A stretch of 64,000 nt of DNA from Myxococcota bacterium (GTDB lineage: Bacteria > Myxococcota_A > UBA9160 > UBA6930), in the NCBI GenBank assembly GCA_965223415.1, contig OZ245002.1:3808001-3872000 (forward strand), read 5' to 3'. A program made the position numbers and the translations under genes. Each line of letters starts with the position of its first letter. Within the stretch, counting starts at the first letter, position 1. Of this stretch, positions 46,619 to 58,635 are shown one piece after another. The notes beneath the pieces were generated by a model. It worked only from the letters and a program-made list of their open reading frames with translations. It was not told the DNA's origin and ran no database searches.

Positions 46619-47888
46619 CAGGCTGCTGAAAAACCCTGCGTTTCCGTGTTCTCGATGGTAGAAGATGGGTCGGGGGGAGAGAGGATGCGCGGCAGCGACC
46701 GAGAGCAGGGTTCGATGTTCAGCTACGTCTCGCTGGAGACGCGGATTCCGGAGGATCATCCGCTTCGCCCCATGCGGGCGATGGTGGACGAGGCGCTGAG
46801 GGGCCTGTCTCGGCGGTTCTCGGAGCTCTACGCGTCGACGGGCCGGCCGTCGATCCCACCGGAGCGGCTGCTGCGGGCTCTGTTGCTGCAGGTGCTCTAC
46901 TCGATCCGGAGTGAGCGCCAGCTGATGGAGCAGCTCGAGTACAACCTGCTGTTCCGTTGGTTCGTAGGGCTGGGGATGGAGGATGCGGTCTGGGTCCCGA
47001 CGGTCTTCACGAAGAACCGGGACCGGCTGCTGGAAGGGGACGTGGCGGAGGCGTTCTTTGAGGCGGTGCTGGCGCAGGGAAAGGACCACGGCCTTCTGTC
47101 GTCGGAGCACTTCACGGTGGATGGCACGCTGATCGAGGCGTGGGCGAGCCAGAAGAGCTTCCGGGCGAAGGACGGCTCGGGGGACGACGGAGACGACGAT
47201 CCGGGCAACCCGACGGTGAACTTTCGGGGAGAGCGGCGGAGCAACGCGACGCACGAATCGACGACGGATCCCGAGGCGCGGCTGGCGCGCAAGAAGGGCC
47301 AGACCTCGCAGCTGGCCTACATGGGCCATCTGCTGACGGAGAACCGCAACGGCCTGATCGTCTCGGCGCTGCTGACGGAGGCCGATGGCTACGCCGAGCG
47401 GCTGGCAGCGCTGGAGATGGCGGAGGACGTGGCGGGAAGGCGCCGGATCACGCTGGGCGGGGACAAGGGCTACGACACCGAGGAGTTCGTGGCGGGCTGC
47501 CGGAAGCGCAACATCACGCCGCACGTGGCGCAGCACACGACGAATCGGGCCAGCCGGATCGACGGTCGCACGGTCCGTCACGAGGGCTACGCGATCAGCC
47601 AGCACAAACGCAAGCGGATCGAGGAGTGCTTCGGTTGGATGAAGACGGTCGGGGGAATGCGAAAGACGCGTCACCGGGGCACGGATCGGGTCGGGTGGAT
47701 GTTCGTCTTCACGGCGGCGGTCTACAACCTGGTCCGCATACGCAACCTCGTAGAGGTCACATGACGCACCTGCATCGAGACGAGGTACCCCGGATCGCTT
47801 CCGGGATCGAAGAGCGAGCCGAGCGGGCCGCGGGGACCCGCGCCCTCTGGCGTTCTGGCGCCTCTCAGCGCCGAATTTCAGCAGCCTG
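46619..47888 (+). mobile_element. IS5-family insertion sequence (1270 bp)
   Basis: Terminal inverted repeats CAGGCTGCTGAAA / TTTCAGCAGCCTG flanked by CTAG on both sides (46615-46618 and 47889-47892); one transposase gene. Confidence 0.93.
46685..47764 (+). CDS. IS5-family DDE transposase
   Basis: GRPSIPPE, SIRSERQL, NLLFRWFVGL, VDGTLI, GDKGYD, RKRIEECFGW. Confidence 0.95.
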   Translation: MRGSDREQGSMFSYVSLETRIPEDHPLRPMRAMVDEALRGLSRRFSELYASTGRPSIPPERLLRALLLQVLYSIRSERQLMEQLEYNLLFRWFVGLGMEDAVWVPTVFTKNRDRLLEGDVAEAFFEAVLAQGKDHGLLSSEHFTVDGTLIEAWASQKSFRAKDGSGDDGDDDPGNPTVNFRGERRSNATHESTTDPEARLARKKGQTSQLAYMGHLLTENRNGLIVSALLTEADGYAERLAALEMAEDVAGRRRITLGGDKGYDTEEFVAGCRKRNITPHVAQHTTNRASRIDGRTVRHEGYAISQHKRKRIEECFGWMKTVGGMRKTRHRGTDRVGWMFVFTAAVYNLVRIRNLVEVT

Positions 47889-47912
47889 CTAGGCGGGGGC
47901 GGGCCCCCTCTC

Positions 47913-48662
47913 TCACAGGACCTCGCCCTTCAGGAACGCCCGGGCTTCCTCGCTCTCGGGCCCCGCGAAGAAGCGGGCCGCCGGGGCGCGCTCGAGCAGC
48001 CGTCCCTCGTACAGGAACAGGATCTCGTCGGCCATGCGCTCGGCCTGGGCGAGATCGTGGGTGGTCATGACGATCTTCGTGCCGCCGGCGCGAACCGCGC
48101 GGATGGCCTCTTCGAGGGCGCGGGTCGCGCCCGGGTCGAGGGCGGCGGCGGGCTCGTCGAGGAACAGGACGGCCGGGTCCGTCGCCCAGGCCCGGGCCAG
48201 GGCGAGGCGCTGCTGTTCGCCGACCGAGAGCCGGCGGGCCGGGCGATCGGCGAAGGTGAGCAGCCGCGTGTCGCCCAGGACCGTCTCGATGCGCCGTGCG
48301 CGCTCCTCGGTCGAGACGCCGCGCAGGCGCAGGGCGTAGTCGACGTTCGCGGCGACCGAGCGCCGCAGCAGGACCGGGCGCTGGAAGACGAGGGCCCGTG
48401 CATCGCCGGCGCGGGCACCGTCCTCGCCCGCCCAGACGACGCGGCCCTCGCTGGGTCGGAGCAGCCCGTTGCAGACGCGCAGGGCGAGCGTCTTGCCCGC
48501 GCCGTTCGGGCCGAGGATGACGCTACAGGGGCCCGCCTCGAGGGTGAAGGAGAGCCCGTCGAGCAGCCGCAGGCCCCGGTGCTCCCACACGACGCCCTCC
48601 AGGCGAAGCGGAAGGATGCGCGGGCGGCTCGCGCCCGGCCGATCTTCGCTAGGCGGCGGCAC
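47913..48662 (-). CDS. ABC transporter ATPase, tungstate (TupC)-like
   Basis: GPNGAGKT, VFQRPVLLRRSV, LSVGEQQR, FLDEP. Confidence 0.85.
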   Translation of the reverse strand: MPPPSEDRPGASRPRILPLRLEGVVWEHRGLRLLDGLSFTLEAGPCSVILGPNGAGKTLALRVCNGLLRPSEGRVVWAGEDGARAGDARALVFQRPVLLRRSVAANVDYALRLRGVSTEERARRIETVLGDTRLLTFADRPARRLSVGEQQRLALARAWATDPAVLFLDEPAAALDPGATRALEEAIRAVRAGGTKIVMTTHDLAQAERMADEILFLYEGRLLERAPAARFFAGPESEEARAFLKGEVL

Positions 48663-49349
48663 GTCGCGCGGCCTCCTGCATCCACTGGGCGCATCCGTTG
48701 AACGCGATCGCGATCGCGAGCAGCACGAAGCCCAGAGCCAGGGCCAGGGGGAAGTCGCCGCGGCTCGTCTCGAGCACGATGGCCGTGGTCATCACCCGCG
48801 TCCAGTGGGCGATGTTGCCTCCGACGATGATCACGGCGCCCACCTCGGAGATCGCCCTCCCGAAGCCCGCCAGGAGCGTCGTCGCCAGGGAGAAGCGCCC
48901 CTCGTAGAGCAGCGTCGCCACTCGCTGGGCGAAGCCCGCGCCCAGGGAGCGAAGCTGCTCGTCGTACTCCTCGGAGAGATCCTCGATCGCCTGGCGGGTG
49001 AGGGCGGCCACGATGGGCGTCACCAGTAGCGTCTGCGCGATCACCATGGCGGTGGGCGTGTAGAGCAGGCCGAGGGGGCCGAGGGGCCCGGAGCGGGAGA
49101 GCAGCAGATAGGCGAGCAGGCCGATCACCACCGGCGGGAGGCCCATCGACGCGTTCAGCAGGACCACCACGGCCCGCCGTCCCCGGAAGCGGAGCACCCC
49201 GATCGCCGCACCCAGGGGCAGACCCATCAGCGAGGCCAGTAGCAGCGCCGTGCCGCTGACCCGAAGCGAGAGGGCGATGATCTCGACCAGCGCCGGATCC
49301 AGGCTCGTGATCAGGCGCAGCGCGGTCGCGAAGGCCTCCGTGATGTCGC

Positions 49350-49353
<4 letters not shown>
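48649..49353 (-). CDS. ABC transporter permease, tungstate (TupB)-like
   Basis: [36 protein letters not shown]...[12 protein letters not shown]. Confidence 0.88.
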
Positions 49354-51386
<2,033 letters not shown>

Positions 51387-51430
51387 GGCGGAGGAGTCTA
51401 GCTCGCCGTGGCCGCTACCCTGGGCCGGCC

Positions 51431-52195
51431 ATGGGTGATCCGGCCATCGAGGCTTGCGTCGGGAGTGCACACGCGTACGTGCGCCGCGAGGGCGACGAGC
51501 TGGACCTGGTCTTCTTCGAGACGCTGCTGCAGGAGCGCCCGGCGGCCGAGCTACTCGGCGCGCTCGCCGAACGTCAGGACGGGCGTGGCGCCATCGGCGG
51601 CGGTCTCGTCTCGACCTTGCGGGCGCTCCGGCGGCTCGAGGCCCTGGGTCTCGCCGATCATCCGGTGCCCGAGCGCGCCTGCGTGTGGCTGTGCAGCTTG
51701 CAGGACGGGGAGGGCGCCTGGGCGCCGGGGGGAGCTGCCGACGACGAGGAACGCATCGCCTGGACCGGCTGCGTAGGCGGCCTCCTCGCCGGAACGCCGT
51801 TCGCCCGTTCCTCGGTGCTGCGCGGGGCCGAGGCCTTCCTCGCCTCGCGCTGGAGCGTCGAGCGCGTGAAGGGGCCGAGCTACGAGCCCATCCTGGCCTA
51901 CACCCATCTGCTCTCGCAGGTGCCCTCGGAGCTGGCGGACGAGGCGCTGCATCGCTGCGGCCTCGAGCTCGACGCGGGCTTCCGCATGGGCGCGTTCTCC
52001 CCCCTCGCGACCGCCCGCGTCTTCCTGCGCGCCCGCGTCCGCGCGCTCCCGGGCTCCCGGATCGCGGGCTCGGAGCTGGTCGCCTCCCTCCTCGCAGCCC
52101 AACAGCCCGACGGAAGCTGGCCGCCCACAGACCCCGACCAGGACCCGGTCGACGCCACCCTCGAAGCCGTCGAAGCCCTCCTCCGGCTGAGTTAA
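51431..52195 (+). CDS. Hypothetical protein with prenyltransferase/squalene-cyclase-like QW repeats
   Basis: [12 protein letters not shown] and [11 protein letters not shown] repeats. Confidence 0.6.
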   Translation: MGDPAIEACVGSAHAYVRREGDELDLVFFETLLQERPAAELLGALAERQDGRGAIGGGLVSTLRALRRLEALGLADHPVPERACVWLCSLQDGEGAWAPGGAADDEERIAWTGCVGGLLAGTPFARSSVLRGAEAFLASRWSVERVKGPSYEPILAYTHLLSQVPSELADEALHRCGLELDAGFRMGAFSPLATARVFLRARVRALPGSRIAGSELVASLLAAQQPDGSWPPTDPDQDPVDATLEAVEALLRLS

Positions 52196-52270
52196 GAAAC
52201 GGGGCCGGAGTTAAGAATTCAGTTCCCTATAGGGAACTGAATTCTTAACTCCGGCCCCGTTTCTTAACTC
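52189..52270. repeat. 82-bp perfect palindrome, REP/REPIN-like (type A)
   Basis: GAGTTAAGAAACGGGGCCGGAGTTAAGAATTCAGTTCCCTA|TAGGGAACTGAATTCTTAACTCCGGCCCCGTTTCTTAACTC; provides the TAA stops of both convergent genes. Confidence 0.95.
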
Positions 52271-52710
52271 GTCCAGCCGGCGCCGCTCTCCAGGTATTCG
52301 ACGACCTCGATGCCCTGGCCGTCCGGGTCGATCACGAAGAACATCTTCGTGCCGTGAAGGGTGACCGGGGGGCTCATCGTCGGGGCGCCGAGGGCCTTCG
52401 CCTGCTCGTAGGCCGCGTCGGCGTCGTCCACCTCGAGGGAGAGGACGCGCAGGCCCAGGCCCATGGCCGGCGGCGTCTTCGGGTTGAAGGCCATGTCCAT
52501 CAGCTCGACGCGGAAGCCGCCGATGGTGCCGCCCGCGGCGCGGCCGCCTCGCCCGCCGCTGCCGACGAGATCGCCGAGGGCGGCGCCGTCGACCTCGGTC
52601 TCGAACTCCTGGTCCCAGCCGAAGACGTCGCGATAGAAGGCCCTCGAGCGCTCGAGGTCGGTCACCTCGATGGAGACGTGGTCGACGCGGCGGATCGGGA
52701 GCGGCTTCAT
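52264..52710 (-). CDS. VOC/glyoxalase family protein
   Basis: VDHVSIEVTDLERSRAFYRDVFG, VELM, DPDGQGIE. Confidence 0.88.
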   Translation of the reverse strand: MKPLPIRRVDHVSIEVTDLERSRAFYRDVFGWDQEFETEVDGAALGDLVGSGGRGGRAAGGTIGGFRVELMDMAFNPKTPPAMGLGLRVLSLEVDDADAAYEQAKALGAPTMSPPVTLHGTKMFFVIDPDGQGIEVVEYLESGAGWTS

Positions 52711-53519
52711 TCGGGCCACTCCGGCCAGTCCGTCGAGACCCGCGCTTTCCACTCGGGGGTGCGCTTCTGCATGAAGGCCACGGGGCCCTCGATCGCATCC
52801 GGCGCTCCCATCAGCACGTGGTGCAGCGCCGTCTCCTTGCGCTCCACCGCCTCCGGGCCGAGCTCCAGGCTCTCCCACAGCAGGCGCTTGCTGACGGCCA
52901 CGCTGAGCGGCGAGGCGTGGGCGGCGGTGTCGCGGGCCAGGGCGAGGGCGGCCGGCAGCACCTCCTCCGCGGGCAGCACGCGTGAGGCGATGCCCAGGGG
53001 CTCGATCTCCTCCCCGCGGAAGGTCCGGCCGGTGAGCAGGATCTCGGCGGCTCGCGCGATACCGACGAGCCTCGGCAGGGTCCAGTGGGCGTAGGCATCG
53101 GGCATGACGCCCCGGCGCACCTGCACCACGCCGTACTTGCCCTCCCGGGCGAAGAAGCGTACGTCCGCCTGCAGGGCCAGGGTGAGGCCGAGGCCGATGG
53201 CGTGGCCGTTCACCGCGGCGACCACGAGCTTGCGGATGCGGAAGGCCGGGAATGCCACCGCCGCGGCGCTGAAATCGGCGTTGCCGTCCTGGCTCTCGAA
53301 GGTCGCGGCGGCCTCGCTCATGTCCGCCCCGGCGCAGAAGGCCCGGCCCGCACCGCTCAGCACCACGGCGCGGACCTCGTCGTCCTCGTCGCAACGCCGG
53401 TAGGCGTGCTCGAGCTCCTCGCCCATGCGTCCGGTGAAGGTGTTGAGCTGGTCCGGCCGGTCGAGGGTGATCGTCGCTACGCCCTCTTCGACCCGCATCG
53501 CGATGTCCCGATAGTCCAT
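52707..53519 (-). CDS. Enoyl-CoA hydratase/isomerase family protein
   Basis: ITLDRPDQLN, GAGRAFCAGAD, AAVNGHAIGLG, LLTGR. Confidence 0.9.
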   Translation of the reverse strand: MDYRDIAMRVEEGVATITLDRPDQLNTFTGRMGEELEHAYRRCDEDDEVRAVVLSGAGRAFCAGADMSEAAATFESQDGNADFSAAAVAFPAFRIRKLVVAAVNGHAIGLGLTLALQADVRFFAREGKYGVVQVRRGVMPDAYAHWTLPRLVGIARAAEILLTGRTFRGEEIEPLGIASRVLPAEEVLPAALALARDTAAHASPLSVAVSKRLLWESLELGPEAVERKETALHHVLMGAPDAIEGPVAFMQKRTPEWKARVSTDWPEWPE

Positions 53520-53579
53520 GGAGCTTCGGAGGGTAGGGCAGTTTGACAGCGCCTTCCCCACGAAGTACCCAACCGCCCC

Positions 53580-55202
53580 ATGCTGAACCTCGCCGCGGTG
53601 CACGAAGCGATCGCCGTCGAGATCCCCGACCGGGAGTGCCTGGTCTTCCGGGATCGCCGCTTCACCTGGCGCGACGTCACGGACCGGACGCGGCGCCTGG
53701 CGGCCGTGCTGCGAGGCGCGGGCCTCGGCTGCCGGCACGAGCGCGCGGGCCTCGAGAACTGGGAGAGCGGGCAGGACCACGTCGCCCTCTACCTCTACAA
53801 CGGCAACGAGTACCTCGAGGGCATGCTCGGCGCGATGAAGGCGCGCTGCGCGCCCTTCAACGTGAACTATCGCTACGTCGAGGAGGAGCTCCTCTACCTC
53901 TTCGACAACGCGGACGCCAAGGCGGTGATCTTCCACGCCGGCTTCGCGCCGCTCCTCGAGAAGCTGCGCGACCGGCTGCCCCAGGTTCAGCTGTGGCTTC
54001 AGGTGGACGACGGCTCTGGCCAAGCGCTCGCGGGGGCGGTCGACTACGAGGAGGCCCTGGCCGGCGCGACGCCGAAGGCGCCGGAGGGGCTCACGGAAGA
54101 CGATCTCTACATTCTCTACACCGGCGGAACCACGGGCATGCCGAAGGGGGTGCTGTGGCGGCAGGAGGAGGTCATCCAGGCGGCGCTGATGCCTCCCCGC
54201 GTCGAAACCAGCCGGGCGGCACTCGTCGAGCGGGCGAGGAAGGGGAGCCAGGTGCGCTCTCTTCCCACGCCGCCCTTCATGCACGGCGCGGCCCACTGGG
54301 CGGCCTTCACCATGTGGCACGTGGGCGCCTGCGTCGTCGTCCAGTCCGAGACGCAGCACTTCGACCCGGACGACGTGTGGCGCACGGTCGAGCGCGAGAA
54401 GGTGACGGCGATGACGATCGTCGGCGACGCCTTCGCCCGCCCGCTGCTGGACGCCCTCGCGAAGGGCGACTACGACACCTCGAGGGTCCAGACCGTGAGC
54501 TCCGGCGGCGCGATCCTCACCGCCGCCGTGAAGGACGAGCTCCTGCGGGCGCTTCCCCAGGCCCGGGTCCTCGATGTGCTGGGCTCGTCGGAGAGCGGCC
54601 ACCAGGCGACCCAGATCTCGCGCTCCGGCGCCAAGGCCACGACCGGCGACTTCGAGCTGGCGCCGGGCAATGTCGTGCTCAGCGAGGACCTGACCCGGGT
54701 CGTCGCGTCCGACTCCGGGGAGACCGGCTGGCTGGCGCGCACCGGCCCCGTGCCCCTGGGCTACTACAAGGATCCGGAGAAGACCGCCAAGACCTTTCCG
54801 GTGGTGGGCGGGGTGCGCTACTCGGTGCCCGGCGATCGCTGCATCGCCGGCCGGGACGGCAGCCTGAAGCTCCTCGGCCGCGACTCGGTCACGATCAACT
54901 CCGGCGGCGAGAAGATCTTCGCCGAGGAGGTCGAGCACGCCCTCAAGCACCACCCAGCCGTCTACGACGCGGTGGTGACCGGCACGCACCACGAGCGCTT
55001 CGGCCAGCAGGTCACGGCCGTCGTCCAGCTCCGCGAAGGCCAGACCGCCAGCGAAGACGACCTCCGCGCGGCCTGCGAAGCCCACATCGCCCGTTACAAG
55101 CTCCCCCGCGTCTTCGTCTTCGTCGACGCCATCACCCGCGCCCCCAGCGGAAAAGCCGACTACCGCTGGGCCAAAGCCACCGCCGAGTCGGCGTTGCGTT
55201 AG
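53580..55202 (+). CDS. Acyl-CoA synthetase (AMP-forming, FadD19-like)
   Basis: LYTGGTTGMPKGV, GSSESG, GYYKDPEKT, PGD, GRDSVTINSGGEKIF, SGKADY. Confidence 0.92.
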   Translation: MLNLAAVHEAIAVEIPDRECLVFRDRRFTWRDVTDRTRRLAAVLRGAGLGCRHERAGLENWESGQDHVALYLYNGNEYLEGMLGAMKARCAPFNVNYRYVEEELLYLFDNADAKAVIFHAGFAPLLEKLRDRLPQVQLWLQVDDGSGQALAGAVDYEEALAGATPKAPEGLTEDDLYILYTGGTTGMPKGVLWRQEEVIQAALMPPRVETSRAALVERARKGSQVRSLPTPPFMHGAAHWAAFTMWHVGACVVVQSETQHFDPDDVWRTVEREKVTAMTIVGDAFARPLLDALAKGDYDTSRVQTVSSGGAILTAAVKDELLRALPQARVLDVLGSSESGHQATQISRSGAKATTGDFELAPGNVVLSEDLTRVVASDSGETGWLARTGPVPLGYYKDPEKTAKTFPVVGGVRYSVPGDRCIAGRDGSLKLLGRDSVTINSGGEKIFAEEVEHALKHHPAVYDAVVTGTHHERFGQQVTAVVQLREGQTASEDDLRAACEAHIARYKLPRVFVFVDAITRAPSGKADYRWAKATAESALR

Positions 55203-55265
55203 GGGCCGGTTCCGTTTGTTGCGTTGCGAAGCAACGCAACAAACGGAACCGGCCCCTAACGCAAC
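55193..55265. repeat. REP/REPIN-like palindrome (type B)
   Basis: 35-bp perfect arms GTTGCGTT-AGGGGCCGGTTCCGTTT-GTTGCGTTGC with a GAA loop; supplies the TAG stop of the acyl-CoA synthetase. Confidence 0.93.
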
Positions 55266-55267
55266 AC

Positions 55268-55990
55268 CTAGCGGGGGTAGGCGGTGAGGAAGCGGCGGAT
55301 GCGGGCGGCGTTGGCGCCGAGGTCGCCGCGGCCGTCGCGGCTCTTGGAGCGGAGGTCGAGGACGGAGCTGTCGCCGCCCTCGGCGGGGCGGACGCGGATG
55401 ACGACGTCGTCCACGAACTGGAAGACGGCGCTGGTCTCGCGGGCGAGGACGGTGCCGGCGGCAGCGTCGACGGCGATCACCTCCCAGCCGAGCTTCTCGG
55501 CTGTCGCCTCGGCCAGCTCGAGGGCGCGGGCGGGCTCGGCGGCCGTGGCGTGGGGGGCGAGGTCCGGGTAGGCGGCGCGCACCTGCTCGCCGAAGGCCTC
55601 CGGGTAGGCCATGTCGCGGCCCCGCTCCGCCGGGTCCGAGGCGAAGGCCGGCGGGTCGGCGAGATCGGTCGTGATGTCGTTGATCGGCGGCAGGTCGCCG
55701 CTCGGCCCCGCCGAGAGCGCGAGCACGGCCACCAGCACCACGCCACACCCGACGCCGACCCACGCGAGGCCGCGCCCGGACCGTCCGCTGCCCGCCCGCG
55801 TCGCCCGCAGGGCCAGGAGCCCCAGCACCAGCGCCACCAGGCCCTCGAGCAGCCCCAGCCCGAACATCCATTGGAACCCGAACATCGGGCTCACCAGGCC
55901 CAGGTGGATCAGCACCGGGCCCATCACGACGTCGAAGGCGCCGAGCGCGCCCAGGATGCCGGCGGCGAGAGCGAGCTTGGATCGCTGCAT
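55268..55990 (-). CDS. DUF1499 domain membrane protein
   Basis: PPINDITTD, AYPDLAP, FQFVDDVVIRV, DLRSKSRDGRGDLGANAARI. Confidence 0.88.
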   Translation of the reverse strand: MQRSKLALAAGILGALGAFDVVMGPVLIHLGLVSPMFGFQWMFGLGLLEGLVALVLGLLALRATRAGSGRSGRGLAWVGVGCGVVLVAVLALSAGPSGDLPPINDITTDLADPPAFASDPAERGRDMAYPEAFGEQVRAAYPDLAPHATAAEPARALELAEATAEKLGWEVIAVDAAAGTVLARETSAVFQFVDDVVIRVRPAEGGDSSVLDLRSKSRDGRGDLGANAARIRRFLTAYPR

Positions 55991-56115
55991 CCGTTCCCTC
56001 CTGACCCAACGCGGCGCACGGGGCCCCCGCGGGAAGCGGATGCTAGCACGCGCGCCCGCGCTTGCGGGATCGGCCCGGGCCGCGATGATCTCCGCTCCCT
56101 GCGGGAGATGCGCCC

Positions 56116-56895
56116 TTGTCCGATTTCGTCCTCTCCGAGCGCCGCGGCCCGGTCGCCTGGCTCACCCTGAACCGGCCGGACGCCCTCAACGCGCTGTCCG
56201 GCGGCCTGCTCACCGCCCTGGGCGAGCGCCTCGGCGAGGTGGCGGAGGACCCGGAGGCCCGCGCCCTCGTGATCACCGGCGCCGGCCGCGCCTTCGCCGC
56301 CGGCGCCGACATCGCCGAGATGCGCAAGATGACGCCGGCCGAGGGCCGTGCCTTCTCCCAGCTCGGCCACGCTGCCTTCGGCGTGCTCGAGGCCCTGGAG
56401 ATGCCCACCATCGCTGCCGTGAACGGCTTCGCCCTCGGCGGCGGCTGCGAGCTGGCCTGCGCCTGCGACTGGATCTACGCCACCGCCAAGGCCCGCCTCG
56501 GCCAGCCCGAGGTGAACCTGGGCCTGATCCCCGGTTTCGGAGGCACCTCGCGCCTGGCCCGCAAGGTCTCGCCCGGCTGGGTGCGCGAGCTCGTCCTGAC
56601 CGGCGAGCCGATCGGCACCGAAGAGGCCCTCCGCATCGGCCTCGTCAACCGCTGCTTCGAGGACGCGGAGGCCCTCCACGCCGCCGCCCAACGGGCCGGC
56701 GAGACCGTCGCGAAGAAGGGCCCCCGGGCCGTCGCCGTGGCCAAGCGCCTGCTCGTGGAAGGCCCCGACTCGGACGCCCGGGTCGCCCACGCCATGGAGC
56801 AGGAGGCCTTCGGCGGCATCTTCGCCACCGAGGATCGTGCCGAGGGCATGGACGCCTTCCTGGCCAAGCGCGATCCCGAGTTCTCCGGACGTTAG
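56116..56895 (+). CDS. Enoyl-CoA hydratase (Crt-like)
   Basis: AFAAGADI, AVNGFALGGGCEL, GQPEVNLGLIPGFGGT (both catalytic Glu present). Confidence 0.93.
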   Translation: MSDFVLSERRGPVAWLTLNRPDALNALSGGLLTALGERLGEVAEDPEARALVITGAGRAFAAGADIAEMRKMTPAEGRAFSQLGHAAFGVLEALEMPTIAAVNGFALGGGCELACACDWIYATAKARLGQPEVNLGLIPGFGGTSRLARKVSPGWVRELVLTGEPIGTEEALRIGLVNRCFEDAEALHAAAQRAGETVAKKGPRAVAVAKRLLVEGPDSDARVAHAMEQEAFGGIFATEDRAEGMDAFLAKRDPEFSGR

Positions 56896-56918
56896 TCGGA
56901 ATCGGGAGTCTGCCAGCC

Positions 56919-57896
56919 TTGGGCCACTACCTCGTCACCGGAGCGGCGGGCTTCATCGGCGCCCGCACGACGGAGCTGCTTCTCTCCCAGGGGCACACCG
57001 TCCTCGGGCTCGACAACCTGAACGACGCCTACGACGTGCGCGTCAAGCACTTCCGCCTGGGGCGTCTCCGGGAGCAGGAGGGCTTCCGCTTCGTGGAGGC
57101 GAGCGTGGCGGATCCGGCCACTCTCCGCCTTCCCATCCTCCGCGACCACCGCTACGACGGCGTCTTCAACCTGGCCGCCCGCGCTGGCGTGCGCTCCAGC
57201 GTCGAGTACCCGTGGATGTACGTCGAGACCAACATCACGGGCACGCTGAACATGCTGGAGCTGTGCCGCGAGCACGGCATCCCGAAGTTCGTGCTGGCCT
57301 CCACCTCCAGCCTCTACGGCGCCAGCAACCCGTGCCCGTATACGGAAGACCAGGACACGAGCCGGCCGCTCTCTCCCTACGCGGCCTCCAAGGGCGGCGC
57401 CGAGGCGCTGGCCCACACCTACCACGCTCTCCACGGCCTCGACGTGTCGATCCTGCGCTACTTCACCGTCTACGGTCCCGCCGGGCGCCCGGACATGAGC
57501 GTCTTCCGCTTCGTCCAGCGCATCCGCGAAGGCTTCCCGATCATCGTCTACGGGGACGGCAGCATGTCCCGGGACTTCACCTTCGTGGACGACATCGCGC
57601 GCGGCACCATCGCCGCCACCCGACCCCTGGGCTTCGAGATCCTGAACCTCGGCGGGGACCACCCCTACCAGGTGAACGAGCTGATCGGAACCATCGAACA
57701 GGCCCTCGGCCGCAAGGCGATCGTCGAGCACCAGCCCGCGCACCCGGCCGACGTTCCCGCCACCTGGGCGAGCATCGACAAGGCGGCCGCGCTCCTCGAC
57801 TGGCGGCCCGAGATCTCCCTCGCCGACGGCATCGCCGCCAGCGTCGCCTGGTACGAGGCCGAGCGCGACTGGGCCCATCGGGTCGACGCGTACTAG
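56919..57896 (+). CDS. NAD-dependent epimerase (UDP-glucuronate 4-epimerase-like)
   Basis: VTGAAGFIG, LAARAGVR, SPYAASK, RYFTVYGPAGRPDM; TTG start. Confidence 0.9.
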   Translation: MGHYLVTGAAGFIGARTTELLLSQGHTVLGLDNLNDAYDVRVKHFRLGRLREQEGFRFVEASVADPATLRLPILRDHRYDGVFNLAARAGVRSSVEYPWMYVETNITGTLNMLELCREHGIPKFVLASTSSLYGASNPCPYTEDQDTSRPLSPYAASKGGAEALAHTYHALHGLDVSILRYFTVYGPAGRPDMSVFRFVQRIREGFPIIVYGDGSMSRDFTFVDDIARGTIAATRPLGFEILNLGGDHPYQVNELIGTIEQALGRKAIVEHQPAHPADVPATWASIDKAAALLDWRPEISLADGIAASVAWYEAERDWAHRVDAY

Positions 57897-57936
57897 CGCC
57901 GGCGAGACGCCGTCGCCGGAACGGACGGAACCCGCC

Positions 57937-58635
57937 ATGGAGACCCGGACGCGCGCCATCGACGAGGTCTCCGGCTTCTCGGGGGGCGCCGTCGTCGTGG
58001 ACGTCATGCGTGCGTTCACCGTCGCCGCGCACGCTCTCGGGTCCGGAGCCTCCGAGATCGTCCTCGTTCGCGAGCTGGCCAACGCGCTCCGAATGAAGCG
58101 TGAGCTGCCGGGCTCGCTGGCCTTCCAGGACGGCGAACCGGTCTCCGGCTTCGACCTGGCGAACTCGCCGGCGATGCTCCGACGCCTGGAAGTGGCTGGC
58201 CGAACCATCTTCCAACGAACCACCCACGGGACTCGCGGCGCCATCGCGGCGTGCCACTGCGAGCCGCTGTACTGCGCGAGCTTCGCATGCGCCTCGGCGA
58301 CCGCGCGGGAGCTCCGCCTGCTTCGCGATCGCCCCGTCGCCTTCGTCATCACCGGCGACGACGGTCGCGCCGAGGAAGACCTCGCCTGCGCGGCGTTCAT
58401 CACCGCGCTGGCGGAGGACCTGGACACGAGCCCGTTTCCTTTCGCCGAGCGGGCCCGTCGGGCGCGGGCGGCAGAGGGGCTCCGGAGCGCCGTCCGGAAG
58501 GGACACACGGGAGTTCACGAGCAGGACGTGGAGCTCTGTCTCGAGGCCGATGTCGTCGACTTCGCCCTGCGGGCGGAGACCCGGTCGCGCCGGCTCACGC
58601 TTCGGACGAGCCGATCCGACCCTGGGGCCCGTTAA
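57937..58635 (+). CDS. ComB-family (2-phosphosulfolactate phosphatase-like) protein
   Basis: VVVDVMRAFT, FDLANSP, RTTHGT, EDLACA. Confidence 0.85.
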   Translation: METRTRAIDEVSGFSGGAVVVDVMRAFTVAAHALGSGASEIVLVRELANALRMKRELPGSLAFQDGEPVSGFDLANSPAMLRRLEVAGRTIFQRTTHGTRGAIAACHCEPLYCASFACASATARELRLLRDRPVAFVITGDDGRAEEDLACAAFITALAEDLDTSPFPFAERARRARAAEGLRSAVRKGHTGVHEQDVELCLEADVVDFALRAETRSRRLTLRTSRSDPGAR

